Source of the DNA: Candidatus Vogelbacteria bacterium
GTDB taxonomy: Bacteria > Patescibacteriota > Minisyncoccia > Phycocordibacterales > XYD1-FULL-46-19
NCBI GenBank assembly: GCA_021414225.1
Contig: JAIOOX010000005.1
Coordinates: 1 to 46,185 of the forward strand
Direction: 5' to 3'
DNA: 46,185 nucleotides
Position numbers and translations under genes: made by a program. Positions 29,679 through 36,604 of this stretch are shown here, piece by piece (within the stretch, counting starts at the first letter, position 1; every line of letters starts with the position of its first letter). Below the pieces are notes generated by a model. The model had not been told where the DNA came from. It saw nothing but the letters and a program-made list of their open reading frames with translations, and did not search any database.

Positions 29679-31037
29679 TTATTTAATTTTTTTGACAGCC
29701 ACATTAAACTGATCACCTCTGTCATATTCGTTTTTAAAGACACCAAAACTTTTTGCTCCAGGTGACAACAAAACTAAATCACCCTTTTTAACCAACTCCT
29801 CAACCTGAATAAAAGCCTCTTTCATTGAACTAGCCACAACTGTAGAAAAGTTTTGCCGCTGTGGCAATTGGGTTAAGATCTTATCAGTCGCTGTTCCCTT
29901 GAATAAAATTAAACCCTTAACGTATTTACTGACTTTTTTGTAGTAATTATCTAAATCCAAACCAGCATCTGTACCACCGGCCAGTAAAATAATTTTACCT
30001 TTGTATTTTTCAAATGCCTCCAGGGCCGCATACAATCCATCAGGACTAGTCGCATTGGTATCATTAATATATTTAACTCCTCCCGCTTCCCCAACCAACT
30101 CCAAACGATAAGGTAATCCTGGGAAATTTTGGGCTACTTTTTTAATAACAGAATCTTTAACACCCAGAGCTTGAGCCGCTGTCATAGCCAACAAGACATT
30201 GTAAAGATTATGCTCGCCCGGCATTTTCAATTTCCAACTAGCCACTGAAGATATTTTGGGAGTAATAATCTGTTGTTTTAATTTTTGACCGTCATTTTTT
30301 TTAACCAAACTAGCCACCTGACTGCCTAAAATTAAAATATCATCCTCTTTCTGGAAACGATAAATATTAGCCTTATCGGCAAAATAACGATCCATATCAC
30401 CTTGATAGTAATTCATATGGTCATTCATGAAGGTGGTAAAAACAGCGATGTTGGGACTAATTTTAGACTCACCAAAACCTTGGCACTGCCAAGAATCAAG
30501 TTCCATTACTACCACATGATTAGCTTTAACTTTTTTAAGTAGAGGCAAGGTCGCTACACCTTTAATATTACCCCCCATATGGACAGTGAGCCCGGCCGTC
30601 TTTAAAATTTCGGCCAATAACTGGGTGACGGTACTTTTACCTCGTGTCCCGGTAATACCAATAGTGACCAGGCCAGTTGGAGTTAGTTTACAAAATAGTG
30701 ATGCATCCATTTCCACTGGTACCCCATTTTTATGAGCCTCGGCAAGATAGATTGAGTCAAGTGGCGCATTAGGAGCGCGAATAATCAAATCTCGATTACG
30801 AAAATCTTCAAGCCTATGCTCCCCTAAAATATATTTTATGTTTTCATACCGACTTAGTTGTTTGAGGGATGAGACTAGTTCTTCTTTGGTTTTCAAATCC
30901 GTCACAATCAAATCTGCCCCACAGTCAGCCAAAAACTTAATTACCCCAAGACCACGACCCAAGAGTCCTAGTCCCATTACAGTCACCTTTTTACCCTTAA
31001 AATACTCCTTATAATCCATATTTTGGCATTGTAGCAT
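29679..31037 (-). CDS. murD: UDP-N-acetylmuramoylalanine--D-glutamate ligase
   Basis: 'VMGLGLLGRGLG', 'GITGTRGKSTV' and 'NDTNATSP'. The true start may be the ATG at 31019 (MDYKEY...). Confidence 0.9.
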   Translation of the reverse strand: MLQCQNMDYKEYFKGKKVTVMGLGLLGRGLGVIKFLADCGADLIVTDLKTKEELVSSLKQLSRYENIKYILGEHRLEDFRNRDLIIRAPNAPLDSIYLAEAHKNGVPVEMDASLFCKLTPTGLVTIGITGTRGKSTVTQLLAEILKTAGLTVHMGGNIKGVATLPLLKKVKANHVVVMELDSWQCQGFGESKISPNIAVFTTFMNDHMNYYQGDMDRYFADKANIYRFQKEDDILILGSQVASLVKKNDGQKLKQQIITPKISSVASWKLKMPGEHNLYNVLLAMTAAQALGVKDSVIKKVAQNFPGLPYRLELVGEAGGVKYINDTNATSPDGLYAALEAFEKYKGKIILLAGGTDAGLDLDNYYKKVSKYVKGLILFKGTATDKILTQLPQRQNFSTVVASSMKEAFIQVEELVKKGDLVLLSPGAKSFGVFKNEYDRGDQFNVAVKKIK

Positions 31038-31051
31038 ATTCCTATAGTATA

Positions 31052-31888
31052 GTGAGAATTATGATAAAAAAAGAGCTAGGACCAATTGGTATTTTTGACT
31101 CCGGCTTTGGTGGATTAAGTATTCTCAAAGCAATCACTAAGGAATTGCCAAACTATGATTATATTTATCTTGGTGACAATGCTAGGACGCCTTACGGTAA
31201 TCGATCACCAGAAATAATCTACGAATTCACCAGGCAGGCTGTCGATTTTTTATTTAAAAATAATTGCCAGTTAATCATCTTGGCTTGCAATACCGCCTCC
31301 AGTGATGCTCTACGAAAAATTCAGCAAGAATACCTGCCACAATATTACCCTTCAAAAAAAGTATTAGGTGTCTTAATTCCAGGAGCTGAAGCTGCTGTAG
31401 CTAAAACAAAAAATAAAAAGATTGGAGTTATGGCCACTGAAGGTACTGTAACTTCTGGTTCTTTTGTTAGGGAAATAAAAAAACTAGACTCAACCATTAA
31501 AGTTTTTCAACAAAGCTGTCCTCTGTTAGTCCCCTTAATCGAAGCCGGTGAAAAAAATAATCCAGCCACTAAGATTATTCTGGAACAATATATAAAACCT
31601 CTAAAACAAAAAAAGATTGATACCGTCATCCTGGGCTGCACCCACTATGGTCTAGTAGAAGAGCAAATTAAAAAAATCTTTGGTGACAAAGTTAAAGTTA
31701 TTTCTGAAGGTAAAGAGGTAGCTAAGAAATTAAAAATATATCTTGTAAAACATCCGGAAATAGAAACCACTCTAACTAAAAAATCAAAATTGAGCTTTTA
31801 CTCAACTGATACCACCGCCAAATTTCAGACCCTGGGTAGTAAATTCTTTGGACAGAAAATAAGGGTTGAAAAAGTAAACCTGAATTAA
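31052..31888 (+). CDS. murI: Glutamate racemase
   Basis: 'IGIFDSGFGGLS', 'LACNTAS' and 'LGCTHY' catalytic-Cys blocks. The ORF track starts at GTG 31052; the ATG at 31061 is more likely. Confidence 0.92.
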   Translation: MRIMIKKELGPIGIFDSGFGGLSILKAITKELPNYDYIYLGDNARTPYGNRSPEIIYEFTRQAVDFLFKNNCQLIILACNTASSDALRKIQQEYLPQYYPSKKVLGVLIPGAEAAVAKTKNKKIGVMATEGTVTSGSFVREIKKLDSTIKVFQQSCPLLVPLIEAGEKNNPATKIILEQYIKPLKQKKIDTVILGCTHYGLVEEQIKKIFGDKVKVISEGKEVAKKLKIYLVKHPEIETTLTKKSKLSFYSTDTTAKFQTLGSKFFGQKIRVEKVNLN

Positions 31889-31905
31889 AACCATAAAAAT
31901 CTTAT

Positions 31906-31934
31906 TTGACACGATCATCCAAACGTGTTAAGAT
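31906..31934 (+). promoter_or_regulatory. Sigma70-type promoter: TTGACA-N17-TAAGAT
   Basis: TTGACA 31906-31911, a 17-nt spacer, then TAAGAT 31929-31934. It lies upstream of the SD GAAGGAGG (31943-31950). Confidence 0.45.
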
Positions 31935-31958
31935 TATAAACAGAAGGAGGGTTCACCA

Positions 31959-32147
31959 ATGACAGAACTCCAGAAAAATCTGGGCGAGCTAGGTCTAACC
32001 CTCAGACCCACTTTGACCAGTGGGCCACGGTCCATCTGTTACGAAGTAGACGGGGTAGATGAGATCGTCGTCATCGACGACGAGGGTTTTCCTTGGGTGG
32101 GGTCTAGACCAGAAGTCAGACTGCCCAAGAGTCTGACCTACGCCTGA
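31959..32147 (+). CDS. 62-aa hypothetical protein encoded by a GC-rich, hairpin-dense segment (coding status uncertain)
   Basis: ATG lies 8 nt after the SD AAGGAGG. The ORF is intact and a strong terminator follows it. Composition is visibly more GC-rich than every neighbouring gene. Confidence 0.5.
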   Translation: MTELQKNLGELGLTLRPTLTSGPRSICYEVDGVDEIVVIDDEGFPWVGSRPEVRLPKSLTYA

Positions 32148-32154
32148 CACAAGA

Positions 32155-32190
32155 GCCCCGGCGCGCGCACGCGCCGGGGCTTTTCTTTTT
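32155..32190 (+). terminator. Strong rho-independent terminator
   Basis: 11-bp GC stem gccccggcgcg/cgcgccggggc (32155-32165 / 32170-32180) with a 4-nt loop, followed by TTTTCTTTTT. Confidence 0.85.
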
Positions 32191-32228
32191 AATTTGTGAT
32201 CTAAAAACCTATTGCTATACTAAACATT

Positions 32229-33086
32229 ATGAAAAAACCAAATCTTGAGTCTGCTTCTGAAGTCCTACCCTTCTCTATTGAAGATATCTATCCCTTGGCC
32301 CAAGAAAAACTCCAAAGCTACCAAATACGAATGGATAGTTTCTCTGATCTTTATAGCTCAGAGGTAATACTGGCTGACCAAAAAGAAGTGGAAAGACGTA
32401 AAAAAGGATTTGAAATCCATATGACTGACCAAGAAAAAGAACTAAGAAAGCTAGCCGAAGTCTTAGAAGCTATTATTTTATATCACGGAGAACAAAGTAA
32501 TTGGTTTGGTAGTGAAGCAACCCTAACCAGAACAACAGACTACGACGACTTAACCCATGGGACTGACTGTATTATGGAACTAACTAATCCTAATAACACT
32601 TCTCAATTAGCCCTAGCCATTGACGCAACTTTTAGTAGCCACGTTGGAGAAAAATTAATAGAAATATCCAATGAAATAATTAAAGGCGAACTAACTAAAA
32701 TAAAATATTATATTTCTGACCAAGCGGGAATCAGAGGTGAATTAATTAATGTGCCCAGGATTATTGTCGGCTTAGATACTAATTCTATTATGAATATTTC
32801 CGACCTCTGGCTTAATAATGCTAACGAGCACCTAGCTAACCATCCTGCTCAATTTCAGATTTTAGAAGAAATAATGATGCAGTGTGAATTCTTCAGCCGT
32901 TTAGCTATCGCCGAAGATCAGGTAAAAATTGGTGAAATTTACCGAAAAATGTACGAAAAAATTAAAACAATTTATTCAACCAAGAAAGCTGAGGGTAATG
33001 ATAATCACTGGAGGGACAGTTCCCACGCCAACCTAAAACGAGTCTTACCTCAACTGTTCCCCGATATAGCCAAGGAGATGGTTTAG
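32229..33086 (+). CDS. Hypothetical protein (285 aa), no recognisable domain
   Basis: Long AT-rich ORF matching the composition of the left part. TGCTATACT (extended -10-like) ends 10 nt before the ATG. Confidence 0.55.
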   Translation: MKKPNLESASEVLPFSIEDIYPLAQEKLQSYQIRMDSFSDLYSSEVILADQKEVERRKKGFEIHMTDQEKELRKLAEVLEAIILYHGEQSNWFGSEATLTRTTDYDDLTHGTDCIMELTNPNNTSQLALAIDATFSSHVGEKLIEISNEIIKGELTKIKYYISDQAGIRGELINVPRIIVGLDTNSIMNISDLWLNNANEHLANHPAQFQILEEIMMQCEFFSRLAIAEDQVKIGEIYRKMYEKIKTIYSTKKAEGNDNHWRDSSHANLKRVLPQLFPDIAKEMV

Positions 33087-33113
33087 GCAATCAAAGGCAC
33101 ACACCAGGACTCT

Positions 33114-33289
33114 CCCGCGACTTAAGATTTTCTACCGAGTTAATGCCAGAACTCTCGACTACCGTCGCGGGTACTTTTCTGGTTTACTCGCCTATCGGCT
33201 CATAAACAGAGAAAAGTCTTTCTCGTCCTGACGAAAGTGAAGTAGTTCACTTTCTCCATGCGCACAAATTACGCTTCGCTTATTTGTGC
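33114..33289. repeat. Cluster of stem-loops at the compositional junction
   Basis: cccgcgac/gtcgcggg (33114-33121 / 33164-33171). gaaagtgaa/ttcactttc (33233-33241 / 33247-33255, 9 bp perfect). gcacaaat/atttgtgc (33262-33269 / 33282-33289, 8 bp perfect). No ORF >30 codons. Confidence 0.45.
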
Positions 33290-33427
33290 CCCATTACTGA
33301 CCACGACTCGAACTTTTTTGACACGGTTGTTGGAGGTGTTGATGTTGGAGCCGGGCATATGGAAACAGTTTAGGCGAGGTGAGACGGAAAAGAAAGAGGG
33401 GTGAAGTTGGCACGGGAGGCAACAAAG

Positions 33428-35002
33428 CTAGTTTACAGCTTTCTTAATCTGCTTAATTCCCACCTGGTAACCGTACATACTCAGTCGACGGCGTGCATTT
33501 TTCAGACTCACCTTACTGAAAAACGGGATATCTAACGGTTTGTCTGACTCACTAATAATGCCATAGATTACCTCATAGTCCTTCGCATTCGGGGCGGCAG
33601 AGGGATCAGCCAGTTTATGGCCGACCGGTAACTTTACATTCAGCTTCTGGCGGAAATCCGCGTCGCTGACAAAAAGCTCGGCAGAGACGACCCCTTGGGA
33701 AAACAGGTGACTTAATACGTTAGATCCGCCATACCGTTTTATATGTAGGAGTTTATTTTCCCCGGTATAAATGTCACAAAACTCCACACTGCTATGGCCA
33801 CCGCCGTGCATGATTAATTCGCCATCCATACAACAAGCGCCTTTCAAAGCCGCGGCTGCGATGGGTGTGTAGTCACCTTCCCTGGTCACGGTGCATACCG
33901 GCAGGTCAATATCCGATCGCCTGACAGCATCAAAGTGTTCCTGCACCTGCTCGGTGAATCCCTTTGCAATTCGATACCACTTTGCGTTGTTCAGAATGTA
34001 AACATCATCCCGTAACTCAACCTCAGCATACATACACTGAAAAACGGTCCACCGCTCGACAACATCGTCTGTGGCCATGGATATGCGAAATATTGCAGAG
34101 TGCTTAAGTCGCTCCAACGTCACTGGACTGGGTAGCGTCTCCAAGCAAGCTGGTACGTCTAAATCGTCGTGCAAATCGTTGCTCTTTTGACGGGCGTAGC
34201 GAAAGCCTTTTACGTCGGACCACTCAATGACTTCGGGAACAGCCATCCACACTTTGTCTAGTGTCCGAGTATTTAGTTTGTCAACCAGCACAAGATTCAG
34301 TTCTTCTTCGATTTTCTTGTCACGAACTTCGGCAATCTGATCAATCCAATCAAAATCTTTCTTATAGTCTTCGCTCGTATAGCGTTCCAGGCAATGAGTT
34401 AGAAATTCCACGATGTTTCCGACATTAACCTTTGCCGACCCACTTAGTGCATCTTTCCCCGTGATAATGCCCCCGAGAAGAGGGTCACGTGACTTTCCGG
34501 TTACTGAGCTAACCAGGTCTTGCTCAATATCGATTCCGAAATCAGTTGCGGCAACATTCCGGCTCATTTGTTCCTGGCTGTGTTTCGGTACCGATCCTAG
34601 CGTCGTCTTATCGATCTTGCGAAAACTTGCCGCATCAAGTGAATTGAGAACCGTCTTTAAACCGAAACGCTCTTCAAGCACACCGGGCCGTAAGAGGTGT
34701 CGACCAAATCCAAACACCACTGCAAAATACGTCGCCTTCCCGTGTCTCGAAATAGGTACAATCAAAAGCCCCTTCGAGCTGGCGTTTAAGAGGGGCCGGT
34801 CTAGGCTTATAGCATCACCAAAAAAGTCTTTGACCCAGCTCGGAGTTTTGGGAGGCACTGAAGCAGAGACAAAGTGCCCAACTCCATCGATCTCAATCGA
34901 ATTCTTGCTACTCTGGACAATCTCATCCAGTGTTTGGAACTCCGGCTTGATCATGTAGACAGAGTATTTGTTAGTCTTGACTTTTTTCGCATTCATTGAC
35001 AT
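33428..35002 (-). CDS. TIGR04141/DUF6119-like sporadically distributed protein (possible PD-(D/E)xK-type nuclease core)
   Basis: 524 aa. The N-terminal 'YSVYMIK...' opening and the C-terminal block 'VEFCDIYTGENKLLHIKRYGGSNVLSHLFSQG' match my recollection of the family signature (D...hHhK...SHLFxQG). Confidence 0.5.
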   Translation of the reverse strand: MSMNAKKVKTNKYSVYMIKPEFQTLDEIVQSSKNSIEIDGVGHFVSASVPPKTPSWVKDFFGDAISLDRPLLNASSKGLLIVPISRHGKATYFAVVFGFGRHLLRPGVLEERFGLKTVLNSLDAASFRKIDKTTLGSVPKHSQEQMSRNVAATDFGIDIEQDLVSSVTGKSRDPLLGGIITGKDALSGSAKVNVGNIVEFLTHCLERYTSEDYKKDFDWIDQIAEVRDKKIEEELNLVLVDKLNTRTLDKVWMAVPEVIEWSDVKGFRYARQKSNDLHDDLDVPACLETLPSPVTLERLKHSAIFRISMATDDVVERWTVFQCMYAEVELRDDVYILNNAKWYRIAKGFTEQVQEHFDAVRRSDIDLPVCTVTREGDYTPIAAAALKGACCMDGELIMHGGGHSSVEFCDIYTGENKLLHIKRYGGSNVLSHLFSQGVVSAELFVSDADFRQKLNVKLPVGHKLADPSAAPNAKDYEVIYGIISESDKPLDIPFFSKVSLKNARRRLSMYGYQVGIKQIKKAVN

Positions 35003-35198
35003 AGCATACTCTCGCGAGACGCAAATCGCAATACTGCTGCAATCCAGATTCCAATGTAGCGAGTGATGCTATATTTCAACAATTAGTTCAATAAAAAGAC
35101 AATGAAAAACAATTTTAACGAATATTCGGGTCTGGCCCTACAAGCCTACCTCGCCCTGGTCATCCAGATTTACCAGCGTTCCCTCAATACGCCGGACA

Positions 35199-36221
35199 AT
35201 GACCGGTAAGCCTGTGTACTTCGCCTACATCCGCGTCTCCACCCCGCGCCAGGGCGAGCAAGGTTCCTCGCTGGCGGCTCAGCGTCGGAGCATCGAGTAT
35301 TACGCAGCCCGTCACAACATTATGATTTCAGAGTGGATTGAAGAAACAGTAACAGCCGCCAAAGCTGGTCGTCCCCTGTTCACTCAAATGCTGACCCGGC
35401 TCAGAAAAGGCCAAGCTACCGGCGTCATCATCCATAAAATAGATCGGGGTGCCCGCAATCTCAAAGACTGGGCCGCCCTGGGTGAACTCATTGATCATGG
35501 AATAGAAGTGCGGTTCGTCGCTGACTCAGTAGACCTCAGTTCCCGCTCGGGTCGCCTATCGGCAGACATTCAAGCGGTGGTTGCTGCCGACTATGTACGC
35601 AACCTGAAAGAGGAAGCCCGGAAAGGATTCTACGGTCGACTCAACCAAGGGTTGTATCCTTTGGGTGCGCCGTTGGGATACCTCAACAATGGACGGGGCA
35701 AGGTAAAAACCTGGTGCCCGGAGACGGCCCCGCTTGTTCGGCGCGCTTTCGAGCTCTACGCCGCTGGTGAATTCACCCTCCGACAGCTTTCCGCCGAGTG
35801 CTTCAGTCGCGGCTTACGCAACAGTACTGGACATTCCGTTTCCAACAACGCCCTGGCGCGGATACTGCGCAACCGTTTCTATTGCGGCCAGATGGTTCTT
35901 GGAAAAAGCGGTGAGGTTTTCGCAGGCCTGCATGAACCGTTCATCCCGGACGATCTTTTCCGCCGCGTCGGGGCAATCCTAAATGGCCGGATGAGGCGAA
36001 AGGTGAAGTCGCCTTCATTGGTCTACCGCAAGCTTCTCCGCTGCGCCTCTTGCCGTAACCACCTCATCGGCGAGATCAAGAAAGGCCACACCTATTACCG
36101 CTGTCACACGAAGGGCTGCCCGGTAAAGTGTGTCCGCAGCGAAATAATTGACCGGCAGGTCCAGGAAAAGATACAGCGCCTTCAGGCCGATTCAAAGGTC
36201 TACGTCGACAGGCTAAGTTAG
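35199..36221 (+). CDS. Large serine recombinase (resolvase N-domain + recombinase domain + zinc ribbon), apparently C-terminally short
   Basis: 'YIRVSTPRQ' catalytic Ser block, 'IHKIDRGARNLKD', recombinase-domain 'GLYPLGAPLGY' and zinc ribbon 'CASCRNHL...YYRCHTKGCPVKC'. The ORF ends about 45 aa after the ribbon. Confidence 0.85.
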   Translation: MTGKPVYFAYIRVSTPRQGEQGSSLAAQRRSIEYYAARHNIMISEWIEETVTAAKAGRPLFTQMLTRLRKGQATGVIIHKIDRGARNLKDWAALGELIDHGIEVRFVADSVDLSSRSGRLSADIQAVVAADYVRNLKEEARKGFYGRLNQGLYPLGAPLGYLNNGRGKVKTWCPETAPLVRRAFELYAAGEFTLRQLSAECFSRGLRNSTGHSVSNNALARILRNRFYCGQMVLGKSGEVFAGLHEPFIPDDLFRRVGAILNGRMRRKVKSPSLVYRKLLRCASCRNHLIGEIKKGHTYYRCHTKGCPVKCVRSEIIDRQVQEKIQRLQADSKVYVDRLS

Positions 36222-36604
36222 CATCCCAGTAAGAAACTCGTTTACAGCACCCCAGCGCAGCTTTTCAGGCGGGAATCGTTGCACTTTGAGATCGAAGCTG
36301 CGGGCTACAGAGGCTTGCAAGAATTTGCCCACATGCTACTATTACATTGTGTGTTTTTCCATCGCGGAAAATCACGCGGTGGCCTTTCGTGAGAGGAAAG
36401 TCAGAAATCGCATTGAACAGAATTCATGTGATAACTGGCGAATGGGGTGGTCGCCCCGGACCGCTAGCTAAGGATGTACGGAGCATAGACCTTGTCGCCG
36501 ATGTATACCGATGCCGCGGGTGCGCTTACGCACAGTACTTAGAACGATGGGTCATCGGGAGCTGTTCAGGCAAAGAGCAGCTCCCTTATTGGTTGAGTTC
36601 AGGC

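Noticed and set aside
31940-32190. T-box or cobalamin riboswitch upstream of the 285-aa gene
   Set aside because: 'ttgggtggggtc' only loosely resembles the T-box core (GGGTGGTACCGCG). There is no B12-box/GCCACTG context or specifier-loop features. The presence of a good SD plus an intact ORF argues for coding.
33300-33320. Possible tRNA/tmRNA T-arm (GTTCGAGTC on the minus strand) as an integration target at the island border
   Set aside because: The flanking 5-mers (AAAAG / CGTGG) are not complementary. No acceptor stem, anticodon arm or CCA context could be built.
34413-34958. 181-aa plus-strand ORF
   Set aside because: It is antisense to the TIGR04141-like CDS. Its Ser/Pro/Arg-rich composition is typical of the shadow frame of a GC-richer gene.
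35734-35982. 82-aa ORF inside the recombinase gene
   Set aside because: It is an alternative frame of a motif-supported serine recombinase CDS.
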